Assembly (NCBI RefSeq): GCF_009914755.1
Contig: NC_060926.1
Reading direction: 5' to 3' (one strand)
Length of the DNA stretch: 64,000 nt
Source: the human T2T-CHM13v2.0 reference genome, Homo sapiens
The translations under genes and the position numbers were made by a program. How positions within the stretch are numbered: the first letter of the stretch is position 1; each line of letters starts with the position of its first letter. Positions 13,561 to 29,479 of the stretch are shown here, piece by piece. The notes under the pieces are model-generated. The model made no database searches and was not told the DNA's origin. It was given only the letters and a program-made list of their open reading frames with translations.

Positions 13561-14289
13561 TTCTGCCTCTGTGAATTAAAGCACACTGTTCTTGTTCTCA
13601 GGAACACCAGGATTCAAATCCTGGTTCACCGGCTGGCTAGGCTTATGACTGTAGGAAGTTACTTAGCCCTCTTCTGCCTTAGAATCCTCAGGTGTAAAAA
13701 CTGAGCTCTTGACAATTTAAATGAGATATAATATGGGAAAACTCATGGCATGTAATAGATGCAAAATAATTTTGAAAATTAAAACATTACAGCTAAAATG
13801 GACTTTTAGAAATAATATCAAACCATCTACTTTACAGATGAGGAAACTGAGGCCCAGAAGGAGTAAATAAGTGGTGTCTTGCCAGTGTAACTATAATTGA
13901 GCTTATACCTGCATTACTTTGCAAGCTGTCCAAAGTATGCTACTATAATCCAATGTGCCCAGTATATATAGGTATAGTTCAGTGTAGCTGCACTTGAGCT
14001 ACGTCTACACTAGTTTGTATACATGCTTTGGAGTGACACTGCTCTGCTTTTTATGAAAAATACAATCCTCACTTCAAATGATTATAAATAGCCCTTGGGC
14101 CCAGGAGCCAACAGCTTGCAGAGGCACTGGGGGTTCCATTGCAGCTGGTCTCAGATTAGTGTCTGGGAACCAGGCATCTGGTTACTGTTGTACCATTGTC
14201 TCTTTTTATGTTCCCAAAACACCTACAAAGGTGCTAAATAAGCCTAAGGTAACAGTCTCTAAATGTCACTCCACAGATTGCTTATGAGT

Positions 14290-14871
14290 TAAAAAGGGAA
14301 AAGGGTCACTCTACAATGGAGAAGGCCAGTGGAACTCACCTTAACAATGTGGACAAATTTGACATCACCAATAATGGGACAAACTGACATATTTGCCCCT
14401 GATATGATGTACTGAGAAGGACATGAAATCACCCATGTAATATTCTTCCCAAAAATGTCTGACCTTTTATCATGAGCATACATAATCAGGCAAATCCAGA
14501 CTTAGTCTTCAAACAACTGGCCTGGGCTTTTCTAAACTGGCCATGATATGAAAGACAAAGAGGGCAAGAGAACTCTTAAAGGTGAGATGATACCAGAGGG
14601 GCTTGACATCTAAGTACAATGTGTGATTCTGGACTAGATTGTGGATTTTAAAAAGAAAAAGGAAAGTATTATGACAATTGGGGAAGTCCAAATATGGACC
14701 ATGCATTAGATAATATTGTACAATGTTTAGTTTCTCAAAACCAATTGTGTTATGATTATGTGGAACATGTCCTTGTTATTGGGAGATAGATGCTGGATTC
14801 TTTAGAAGTAAAGGATCATCATGTTTGTAATTTACTCTCAAATCATTTAGCCAAAAAAAAAGTGTGTGTGT

Positions 14872-14911
<40 letters not shown>

Positions 14912-15055
14912 GAAGAAAAAGAGTTAAATGAAACATGTAAACATGTAAAATGCTAACAGTATGTGAGAGTAAGGAATACAGATGTTCATCTTACTCGTCT
15001 TTAAACTTTCCTGGATTTGAAATTTTTTTAACATAGCAAGGTTTGAGGAAAAATA
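14290..15055 (+). mobile_element. L1MC/ME 3' end containing a (TG)n microsatellite
   Basis: catcaccaataatgggacaaactgacat..tgtgattctggactagat; TG repeat ~14862-14908. Confidence 0.7.
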
Positions 15056-15814
15056 AAATGATATCTAGAAATGTACTGTTTGAGATTTACAGTGTTTAAA
15101 ATTTGGGGGACCAATATTTAAGCATCAAGGAATTTCACTTACAAATCTAACTTTCAACTTTTTAAGGAAAACTATCAGATCTGGCCACACAGGCCACATT
15201 TTTGGCAGGACAGCAACTGGTGCTGCTGAATGGTCTCCTTCTGCTTTAAAAGGCCCCCTGCCCCACTTCAATCCTAGGTTCTTACACCCGTGGTATGGGA
15301 GCAGAATTTGGACAGAAAAGCTTTGATGGTGGAGAATTTTACAGCAAGCTCTATACAGGGAAGGAGAAGGTTCTGGACCAAAAGCCCTCAGAAACCTATA
15401 GAGCAGGTTGGGTTGCCAATGTGGCCAACCAAACCAGCATGACCTAACAGCTTGACCACATTCCTCCTTCCAGACAGATGGCTTGCTAGGATGGGGGCTG
15501 AGCCTCCTCCTTCTGACTGGGGACTACCCCAGAGTCTTATCCTTATCAGATGAGGGGCTTCCTGAGAGCAGAGACTGTAGACTTCTGGCCTTATTCCAGA
15601 AGAAGGTGTTTGTTAGGCACGCATCTTTGACAGCAGACACCCAAATAACATTTTAGGAATCTTGACCACACCAACCTCCATAGAGTACTCCTAACAAAGT
15701 ATTTCACTCAGAAGCCTGTGGGTTATTGGTGGCCAACCTGTCACCATGGTGTCCATCATGGTAGCCAACCAATCACAGATCAAAGCAGGCTGGGGCAAGA
15801 GCAACACCTCATGT

Positions 15815-15897
15815 CTTTGCAGAAAATTTTGATACTTAATTTGATACTTAATTGGCTAAGAACTTTGCAGAAAAATTTGATACTTACTTGGCTAAGA
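15815..15897. repeat. Nested tandem duplication (~36-bp unit with an internal 12-bp duplication)
   Basis: ctttgcagaaaa(t/a)tttgatactta(a/c)ttggctaaga x2; the first copy has an extra tttgatacttaa. Confidence 0.9.
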
Positions 15898-16262
15898 TAA
15901 ATCCAATTAGGAGACACATACACCTGACTCACATGACATCATTTTAATGGGATAATGTCCTTGTCATTGGTGGAGGAAAAAGAAAAAGTCAATTCTGGTC
16001 TCCACTTCACCACTGACTCAGTCTACAAGATTGAGTGATGCACTTAACTCATCCAAGCCCTCAGATGCCTCACTGATCAATTGGAGCCAATTGTCTGTGC
16101 AGGCCCTTTTCACTGGGATGTTGTGATGAGGTGATAAGATATGCAGGAAGGACAATATGTTGAAAAGTATTTAAAAATACTGAAATGATATTAATGTACT
16201 ATTTGGGGACCGTACTGTTATTTTTCCTCCCAGAGATATCTTCTCTACTTCAAGGTCATCTA

Positions 16263-16293
<31 letters not shown>

Positions 16294-17092
16294 GCTTGTT
16301 TGGTTTTTTTGTTTGTTTGTTTTCTGTCTGTTTGTTTTGTTTTGTTTCATCTCGCTTTACTTCAAACTTTCCCTTACCCTATCCTGGAGTTCTTAAAGCT
16401 CTCAGGAATGGCTTTTCTTGAAGACTCTGGCACCAAAACATACACAGATGCGGCCTGGACACTCAAGCCACAGAACTCCCACAGGAGCAAGAATGGGCCT
16501 TATCTGTCTCTGTCACTTTTGACAGATATGAAGAGGCTCTGCCCTGGATCTGGTGTTAAATAGGAGCTCAGTTTGTGTTTGTTGAGTGAATAAGTGAGTG
16601 ACTCAGGAATGTGGGATGGACCATACCTAAGGAGGGCTCTGTTGGGGAAGGGAGGAGATGGGATGGGTACCAGCATCCAAGATTCTCTGCAAAGCAGGAT
16701 GGCCCAGGGAGCAGAGAGGAGGGGCCTAGGTTTGGGGCTAGAGGAGAGAGAGACCTGCTTGATTATGTGGAAGAACTTCTGGCTTGGGCAACATCCCCCC
16801 TCTCTCACACCCCAGTGATGTAGGAGCCAGTTGGGTAGTGTAAATGGATTAATAATGGTCTATAGCCAGCAGGGCTGAGACTCCATGCCTCACCTGCCAC
16901 CTGGCAGGACAGTCTCAAAAGCCACTGCGTTCTCAAATTCACCAGGTGAAAGGAAAACAACGTCACTTTAAAGCTGCTCAATGTCACTCTCTGGGTTTGT
17001 TTTACATTTCTTTGGTGCAGGAAGGCTTTGGTGTTCTGCCTAGGTATAAAAATCCAACTAACTATATTCAGCTTTGAAAACAATAGATTAAT

Positions 17093-17387
17093 GGCCAGGT
17101 GCAGTAGCTCATACCTGTAATCCCAGCACTTTGGGAGGCTGAGGCAGGAGGATCACTTGAGCCAGGAATTCAGGACCCTGTCTCTCTAAAAATAAAATAA
17201 AATAAAATAAAATTAGCTGTTCGTGGTAGAGTCTGTCTGAAGTCCTAGCTACTCAGGAGGCTGAGACAGAAGGATCACTTGAGCCCAGGAGTTCAAAGTT
17301 ACAGTAAGCTATGATCATGCCACTGAGCTCTAGAATAGGCTACAGAGCAAGATGAAAAGAAAAAAAAAGAAGAAGAAGAAAAGAAAA
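17093..17387 (+). mobile_element. AluJ with internal deletion
   Basis: ggccaggtgcagtagctc..gaggatcacttgagcc; TSD aaaaca(a/g)tagattaa. Confidence 0.9.
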
Positions 17388-17418
17388 CAGTAGATTAAGG
17401 AAGGTGAAGTGGCCCACT

Positions 17419-18235
17419 GCTCTGAAAGCAACCATTCTCAATCCTATAAAACTGGGTGTTTTTGACATCCAGAAAATGCCAGGCACTGTGTTAGACTCTA
17501 GAGACAGAGATTTAAAAAGAAAAAAAAAAAGACTTCCATACCCTCAAAGCACTTCTAGTGACAAGAAAAGAGGCAAAAAATGGACAAGTGAATGAGTGGT
17601 CAGTGTGGAGCTTGGAGAAGCACCAGGCAGTGCAGGATCCCGGTGGAGGTAGTCCTAACCCAGCCACCAGAGGACAGCTGGAGGCCTGTGGGAGCCGTGG
17701 AGGAGGGGAAAAGGGTATTAGACAGTGGTTGTTCAAAATCAGCCACTTTTTAAAAAGAATCATTTGTGTGTGTGTGTGTGTGTGTGTAGACATATATTCA
17801 TGATAAAAATCATTACATAATACAATTGTTGCTTCTAATCCTAAACTCAAATGCTTTAAACACACAAAGAGTTGAGGAGATGTGATAGAAAGATGTGATT
17901 TGTGTAGGTATGCATGCGGAATTACAAAATAAGTCTTTTTCTCCTCAAATTGTTACAGCTCCCCTCCTCCATGAAGCCCTCTTTGACTCCCTCTAATGTG
18001 ATCCCTTCTCTTCAGTAACCCTAGAGCACCCATTCTGCTCCTCACCTGTGATGAGAGGTGTTAGTCATTTTTATGTTCGTTATTTTTGTATTTGTTATTT
18101 TTATCATTCAGCAAGTACTTTCCGAGAGCCTGCCATGTGCCAGGTTCTGTCTCTAGTGTCTAACACAGTATCTGGCTTTTTCTGAATGTCAAAAACACCC
18201 AGTTTCACAGGATTGAGAATGGGTGCTTTCAGAGC
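17419..18235. repeat. 90-bp inverted repeat (17419-17508 / 18146-18235)
   Basis: Manual alignment: 82/90 identical, ungapped. Confidence 0.93.
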
Positions 18236-21125
<2,890 letters not shown>

Positions 21126-21319
21126 GAAGGAATAAATGCTTTGCTGCTCTCTGTATGTTTTTCAAATATACATCATATGTTAGTAAAGTGGTATAAATGT
21201 ATTAATTTATAAAGTAATAACTATGACATACTGGTGGTATGTGTGCTAAGATATTTAACAGTGGGAGTTCATGGTTAAAAAGGTTTGGAGACCACTCTTC
21301 TTCAGCACGAGCAAGAAGT

Positions 21320-21581
21320 TCTAGAGATGCCTAGTGTAGTCAAGCTCACATACAAACAGAAAGTGAAATAGTGGCTCCAGGGGCTGGGGGAGGAGAGAAT
21401 GGGGAAGTATTGTTCAAGGAGTAAAGAGTCTCAGTTTTGCAGGATGAAAAGCGTTCTGTGGATAGATGCTGGTGATGTTGTGCAACAATGTAAATATTCT
21501 TAATGTCACTGAATTATACACTTAGAATGGTAAAAATGGTAATTTTACAAGTATCCTATCACAATTTTAAAAAGAAAAAAA
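21320..21581 (+). mobile_element. L1MB-like 3' end
   Basis: gtagtcaagctcaca..tctcagttttgcaggatgaaaag..cactgaattatacactta plus A tail. Confidence 0.75.
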
Positions 21582-24500
21582 GACTGCACAGTTTATCACT
21601 CAGCTCTGCACTATCTCACTTTTACATATTTCTCGCAGGTTAGATTTTTCTTCCCACAGGTTTCACGTGATCTAGGTCTGGAATACACCTTGTTCTGGAA
21701 GGCAGTGGCACCAGGCTGAGTATCAGTTTATGCTTAGTCCATAGATAGAGATTGACAGGAGTTGGGAAAGGTCAGAGTGCAGAAAGGAAAACTTACCACT
21801 TGTGTCCATTTGGGGGAAACTATTAACAAGGTTTCGTTGAAGATTATCTCAATGTCCCAGAGACAAGACAAGCTTCCCTCAGGTCCTTGAAGCCTGGCGA
21901 CTCCAGGCTCAGATGTAACCTGGGAGATGCATGCTCCTTCTCCATCTTCCTTGACCACCTTCCTGAGGGCACTCAGCCCACGCTGTAAGTGTTCCTTGGT
22001 TCTGTGATATCTTCCTACCTGATTTATGTTTAATCGATTTGTATTTGTCATGAACCCATCTGTAGAGGCAAGGTTTTGTCATGGTAATGAACAATCCCCA
22101 ACATCAATGATTTCAAACTTCAGAGGTTTATTTCTTGCTCACTCTGCACATCTACCATAGGTTGGCTGGGGGTTCTCTGTGCTGTCATTCCTGTGGTTCC
22201 AGGATGATGCCACAGCCACTTTCCAGAATGTTGTGGTGACCGTGGGAGCTGGCTCTTGGAGCCTTTGCCTGGAAATGACCCAGGTTGTTTCTGTGCACAT
22301 TTCATTGGTTAAAGTGTGTTACAGCCAAGCATGATTTAAAGTAGATAAGAAATTATAATCCTCATGCAATCTATTATTGGCGAATAATAATACAGTCCAC
22401 CACTCCTGTACTTTCCCCGCAACATTTCCCTACTCCCAAGGGGAATAAGTTTTGAGGCTGGAGAGAACGGCATCCCCACTCCCACCCACCCCCACCTCAC
22501 ACACCCTACACCACTGAAAAAATCTTTAATGCCTCTGCCTCCTGGAGGTAAGGCCACAAAGCCCAATTAAGATCATTTGTTTTGGGTTTAGAGGTCTCTG
22601 TTGCTGCCCTGGGAGCAACAGAAACCTCTAAACCCGAAACAAATTTAGGTTTATTCGCACACTCCAGGCTGAGTCCATCCAGATGGCTGTGAAGGTCACA
22701 CCCTACTCCTTCTGGGAGAGGACTCACGGCCATTGATGAAGAGTACTTGTGGGTTGCCCACCGTGGCCCCGTGTGACTCACTGGTTTCCCAGAAGCTAAT
22801 CAGCCACTGGTGATTAGTGATTCTCCAGCCCATTTCCCCCTCTACTCCTACTGGGAATCCGTAGCTGAATCAGGAGCTGCAATCCCGGAAGATTAGGAGA
22901 ATCCCTATCCGTTATTTGCATTTTTAAAGGCAACAGCACTCGTGAATTTTTTCCCCTCGTTTTTCTTTTAAAATAATGTAATGTAATCCTTCTTTTAAGA
23001 TTGAACCCTTAGCAACAGAACACTTGGGAGGGTGCAGTGGGTGCAATGTATCCGTGTGTAAGCATAATTTCTGTGGTTTAGCTGGGTTTTACCTTACACT
23101 GATGTAACAAATTATTCACTTCCTATACAACTTCACTGCATTCTTAAAATAACCAATTCACATTGTGCACTTAAAATACTAAATTGTCTCATAAAAATCC
23201 AACTTACACCCAACTTTTTGGGAGCATTGTTCCTTCATAAAGCAAAACCTTACTTTGTTGATGTTTCTCAGCAAATTTCTAGAACTACAGACAATATGGA
23301 AATGGAGGGTCTTGGATACAACAACTGGAATATTTGTGACTTGCCCAAAACTTGCTTCCTTTTAGGACAGGGGTTTTCTAGCAGGGAGGAAACAGAGTCA
23401 TACATTTGTTCAACAAACGTTTGTTTGGCTGAGTGTCTTCTAAGAGCTGAGCACTCTGCTAAGTACCCTAGAAGATGGAAGGAGTGATTAGCACCCATTA
23501 CTCTCTGCTAGGAGCTTACAGTGTGGATGAAGAATCACATTTCACTTGCATGACATCATCCCTAGAGAAGTATCTTCCTACCCAAAGACCCAGTGAGGAA
23601 AGTGAGACCTAGAGAGTTTAGGGCTCTGGCCCCAGCCCACACAGCCCCTGGCTGAAATCTCCTGTGTCCAGCTCCATACTTATTCCACTGGACAGGTCCC
23701 TCTGCAGATGGGAGCTGCAAATGCAGCCCTTACCCTACAAACAATCCCTACCCTTTTCTCCCGGGCACACATCCCCTTGAAAGTTATCCTTGGCAGATAT
23801 GACTCTCTCCACCAATCCTATGGTCTCCCAGGACCCAGCCCTGCCAAAGAACAGGCTGTGGCCCCAAATGGGACACATCAGTTAGGCACAGGGAGCGTCC
23901 AAGCTCAGGTTTCTCTATTTGCTTAAATTAATCCTTTGTTATTGTTCGACATTAATGTCTTATTAAATCAAGGTGGGCCTTCACTGGCATGTGAATGCTG
24001 GTAAGAGTTGGCAGAGCTGGGCATAATTGTGCTCTGGGTACAGAAGCCAGCATCTTGGTTTGCCTGGGTGTGGTGACAGCGGCAGTAGCCTGGAGCAGTC
24101 TTTCAGGATGTGGGAGATCTTGTCCGTCACACAGCTAGGAGGTGATGGGACTGTCCTGGCTGAGAAAGGCCACTGGAAAAAGTTGGTCCCTCCTTTACAG
24201 TCAAAGCACATGTTTCCCAAAAGGGAAAGCAGTTCTATTGTTAATGGGGAGATACTAATGAATTGAGAAATTTCTCCAAACCTGACCTGCCATTTGGTGT
24301 CAAGGCCTCTTCTGTGGAAGTTCTAAGAAGGGGTTGGGAAGGTAAGCTGGGCTCCCCTGGAGGCTGATCTGAGGCCCCCAAAGCTTCTGCAAGAACCCTT
24401 GGGGGGCCGATCATCTTAGAAAGCCAGTGAGAGTGCATACACCCACACACAGGCAGGGGGCTAATGCCTTTTGAATCCCGGGAGAAAGCAGCCACCTTGA

Positions 24501-24622
24501 GTGCAGAGGTGCTGGGTGAGGCAAACTGGCTGATGTGGTACTTATGTGGGATTGCCGTTTTACTCCTTGAGGGATTATGGCTCTAAACATAAACACCCCT
24601 GCAGTTATAGTTTAGAGTTTAA

Positions 24623-25003
<381 letters not shown>

Positions 25004-25785
25004 ACCACATGGTTTTTCTAATGCTTCCATGTATTCCCTCCCATCAGGCCTCCGCTGTATCTGCTCACCTTCTTTAGAGTGTCTCCCACAGAAATACTGT
25101 CTCTCCTCTCTTTCTGTACTTTCTTCATTCCTCAATTCCAGGCAGCACAAATGACTTGCCTCTAGTTGAGAATGTTGAAGGCATTCTCTTCATCTTGCAT
25201 TTCTCGTTGCATTTCCAGATGGTAGCGTAGTGCCCAGCACCAAGTGGCTGCTCAGAGCGTTTCAGAATTGACTGGAATGCTTCCCCCCTGCCCACCTGAG
25301 AGACTCGATGGCCTCTGTCAGTGGCTGCTTTCCAACTCCCCTGGAAGCCAGTTCCTAACCCAAATTCTTTACCCCGAATGTCAACCTTCTTTTCCTAAGA
25401 AATAAATTACTAGAGATGAGGGAGGGCTTCTTCCTTAGTCTTTGGTTTCCATGAGGAGGGAATTATCTGTGCACTCCTGGCAGGTTACTCCACCATGCCC
25501 GACCCCCGACAGAGGTGAACTGCGGTAGTGACTGAGTGAACAGTTTGGGAATGGATCAGGGGCCAGTTGGGTGTGCCTCACAGCAGGTAGTTTGCACTCT
25601 AAGGTGCTCTGACAGGGGTAGGGGTAAAGGATCTACCAACTGGGGGCGCCTGTAGCTGGTTGGGGGTCTGCTGAAGCTGGTCTTCTCAAGGGCCCCCTTG
25701 GGAAGTCCCTAGTCCTCAGCAGCTCAGTCCATAACAGAGCCGACATCTTTCCCTCCATCCGCTGTTTCTATATTTCAGAACTTGG

Positions 25786-26082
25786 GGCCTGGCACAGTAG
25801 TTCACACCTGTAACCCCAATATTTTGGAAGACAGAGGTGGGAGGATTGTTTGAGGTCAGGAATTCAAGACCAGCCTGGGCAACATAGTGAGACCTTTGTC
25901 TCTACAAAAAAATTAAAAAATAGTCATGTATGGTTGGTGTGCACCTGTAGTCCCATCTACTCAGGAGGCTGAGGTGAGAGGATCGCTTGACCCCAGGAGA
26001 TAGAGGCTGCAGTGAGCCAGGATCATGCTACTACACTCCAGCCTAGGCAACAGAGTGAGTCTGCCTCCAAAAAAAGAAAAAA
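25786..26082 (+). mobile_element. AluJ, full length
   Basis: gggaggattgtttgaggtcagg..gcaacatagtgagacc..gaggatcgcttgacccc. Confidence 0.9.
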
Positions 26083-26284
26083 ACAGAATTTGGATGGGGA
26101 AAACATGATTGTTATGTTTCAACCTCCTCAGGCTCCAACAGGCCCAGAAAGAAACTTAAGAGGCATTTTTAAGAACTGTCTTGAGGCCCAGAGGCACATG
26201 GGAAGCTGGGTGCCCAGGGTCTGGAACCCTATTTTACAGAATAGCTGTCTGGGTCTCTAAATCTGTTCTTGGTTGCTTTTTCTC

Positions 26285-27214
26285 CTTAGGGCCTCTTGAC
26301 ATGTACAGACGCTTGGCTGAGTCCTGGAAGCTGCAGTGTTGACTTAGACACTGTCCTCAGCCCGGTGTAACTACACAGGGTCAAAATGAGTCAGCAGGCA
26401 CCCCAGGCCCTCATTCGTTTTCCACAGTCTCCTGACGGAAATCTCTGGGCAGACGGGGAGGTATCAAGGAACCACCAGGGAGCTAGGCTGAATTCTGGGT
26501 AAGGCAGGAAGGACGATGAGGTGTCTCAGGAAGAAAGTCAGGACACCCCCAGCAGCCATTCTCCCTTTGTAATTAGAGCCCCCACCCACCCAGCTCTCTG
26601 GAGATCAGGAGTACTGGCCAACACTTCCTGTTTAGAGCAAACATTTGTTATAGCTGAACTTTGTGTCCAATCCCTGAAATGGGTACATAGGAAGGGCACC
26701 CTGAAGCTAAATAAAACATGTATCTTAGGGATCTTAGGTCAGGCTAAACTTTCAGTGTGTACTTCCTGAGCCAATTGTGGAGAATTCTTAGCTTTCCATT
26801 TCCCTGAGGAGTTAACACTTGACAACTTTCACGGAGGAGTGATTGGAAAAACATTGCTCTAAAGAAGTCTTGAAATTTCTGGGCCCAATGTGAGCCCCAA
26901 ATTAAACAATTCTAGTAGGTCACTGTATCTTTAACTGGCTCATCTCTATGACCCAGATGGAGGGAGGGAGCTGCCTGCCTTGGGGACGTTCCTGCCTTAC
27001 CCAGAATTCAGCCTAGCTCCCTGGTAGCTCCTTGATACCTCCCCGTCTGCCCAGAGATTTCCTTCAGGAGACTGTGGAAAATGGATGAGGGCCTGGGGTG
27101 CCTGCTGACTCATTTTGACCCTGTGTAGTTACACCGGGCTGAGGACAGTGTCTAAGTCAACACTGCAGCTTCCAGGACTCAGCCAAGCGTCTGTGCATGT
27201 CAAGAAGCCCTAAG
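26285..27214. repeat. 226-bp inverted duplication (26285-26510 / 26989-27214) with a 478-bp spacer
   Basis: Manual alignment: 219/226 identical, no indels, 110-bp perfect core. Confidence 0.97.
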
Positions 27215-27670
27215 TAACTAGCACTGGGTGATTTTACAACTTGGTTAAACGCAAGCTGTCACTTCCATGGCTAGTGGATTGATCATTTACCAATCTTTAA
27301 AGAACAGTTCTGTCAAGCAAACCTAACCAATCCTTCTCTGATGTGTCAGACATATTTCAGGATCTCTTGGGATTTCAGAGTACTCTTGGAACTATCATTC
27401 CCATTGCACAGATCTGTCCACTAAAAGAGTAGGAAGCTTATGGGAAGAGCTAGTGCATTTAGTCTAGAGAAAGGTTGACTCAGTCTACAAATACAGGAAG
27501 GGCCAGACAAATTTGGTCTCTCCCAGGGAGCAGAACCATGTCCAATACATGGAGGGAGGGAGCTGGCTGCCTTGGGGACATTCAAAGAAAGACTGTATAT
27601 GCATCAGCCAGGATGCATAGAGGGAGTGTTTATGTCTCCCATGAGGGCTGGTTTCCAAGACATTCCCACC

Positions 27671-27934
27671 TGTTATGGACTGTATTCCCCCAAAATGTAT
27701 ATGTTGAAGCCGTAACCCTCAATGTGATGGTGTTAAGGAGCAGGACCTTTGGGAGGTGATGAGGTTTCGATGAGGTCATGTGGGTGGAGTGTCCATGATG
27801 AGGTTAGTGCCCTTATAAAAAGAGGATGAGATACCAGAGCTTCCCAGCCTCCAGAACTGTGAGAAATAAATGTCTTTGACTTAAACCACCGAGTCTAGGG
27901 TATTTTGTTACAGCAGCAGGACTGGCTAGGATAC
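27671..27934 (+). mobile_element. MLT1A-type MaLR solo LTR, internally deleted
   Basis: tgttatggactg..atatgttgaagcc..ccagaactgtgagaaataaatgt; ccacc flanking repeat. Confidence 0.85.
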
Positions 27935-29039
27935 CACCCACGAGTCCTTAATTTCATGGAGGTTAAAGAGATGGGGCTGAGTCTACACCAACCTTATGAG
28001 ATGCCCTGAACATTATAAAAAAGAAAGAAAATTTGCTCCTTTGTCTCCTCTCAAAAGCAGGCAAAAAATTCCTATGGTTTGTACTTTCATTGAATTGTGG
28101 ATAAACAGGAATCTGACAAATCTTCATGTGTTTTCCTGGGATCTGGAAGGTGCTACTTAGCGATGGCCTGGGGGCAGAGGTATGCTGGGCTTCACTGTAT
28201 CTTATGAGTCTATGAGCATTCTCAAAAGTCCTGCACTCGGAGATTGTAGTGACAGGTAGAGACCCAAATTACCAGGAGGTGACATTGGCTGAACCACTAC
28301 TGCCAGAGACCACCTCTCAAGTTTTCTTCTTTTCTGTTCATCCAACTTCTCCACCATCTAATTCATGTGGCAACAATTGAGGTCTAGGTCAGAGGCAAAA
28401 AATAAAACATGCAGGAGGCCAAGGAAGAAAGGCAGACCCTTTATGTGGGAAGAGCAAGTGGCTCTCTGCATGGTGAGCCTTGAGAGACACTTATAAAGTG
28501 CCTTTGTCCCCACTCCCACCCCATCCATGCTCCCTGACCCCTCATTCTGCAAAGCTCTGCCCCACCACACTGCCATGGTGCCTTGGTCTACTGACTAGTT
28601 ATACAGCAACACCAAGGCTGGATCCAGGGTATTCATTAATTCAGCAAAGCTCCAAGTAGTCATCACAGAAAAAAATATATGAATCTTGTTGTTCTTCCTT
28701 ATGTTTCCTTTATTTTTCCTTGAAGTGTTTTAAAGTTACAGAAAAGTGAAAAGAACAATATAACCAGCATCCATATTTTCACCACCTAAAACAAGCCTTC
28801 TTTCTCCCATTTGCTTCTAATCACTTTATTTTGCAATAAATAAACATTTCAGATAGAGCTAAGTGTCCTTGTATTCTTGCCCCAATCCTACTCTTACATA
28901 TCTGTTTGTGTCTCTTTCTTTTTATATAAATAAATATAATGTAATTATAAAATTATGAATAGGTACTGGGACACTGGGATATTTTCAGTGCTTGGGGCCC
29001 TGTTTAGAGGGACTTTGGGGTCCAGGAGAGACCTGTCAC

Positions 29040-29390
29040 TCAGCAATGAGGTGACCCGCTCCCTGGGCTCGTGCCCAGCAGCCAGTAGGGCCTTGTGACC
29101 TCAAGCTCTCTCTCCTCCAGGCGGGAGAAGGCCAGGCAGGCTAGGGCTGCTTCCTAGAAAGCTCCGCCCAGGCTTCCCCTGGCTGGCTGGGGGGAGGCGT
29201 TTCCGGGACGCAAGACCCCGGCAGCCTGGCAGGGCCGCCCTGCGGAGGAAGCGCTTTATTCTCCGAGTGGCACGTTCGCCCCAGGCCGTGCCAAGTGCCC
29301 CGCTGGGCGGCAGGGAGTAAGGGGAACCCGCGCCACTCTGGGGGGCCCAACTAGGCCTTGGGGTTTGCAGGGAAGCCCGAGGGCACTCAT
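29040..29390. promoter_or_regulatory. Small isolated CpG-rich element (candidate enhancer or CTCF site)
   Basis: Local GC/CpG spike in apparently unique sequence; CCGCTGGGCGGCAG at 29300-29313. Confidence 0.5.
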
Positions 29391-29479
29391 TTGTTGGTGC
29401 CCTAATGATGGTAGCATTTCTTGCACACATGCATACGTCTTACAGCTCTGTGCTGGGCACTGGAATTACAAAGACGGTT

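Noticed and set aside
25635-25648. CCAACTGGGGGCGC as a CTCF site
   Set aside because: Two core mismatches; unsupported without ChIP data.
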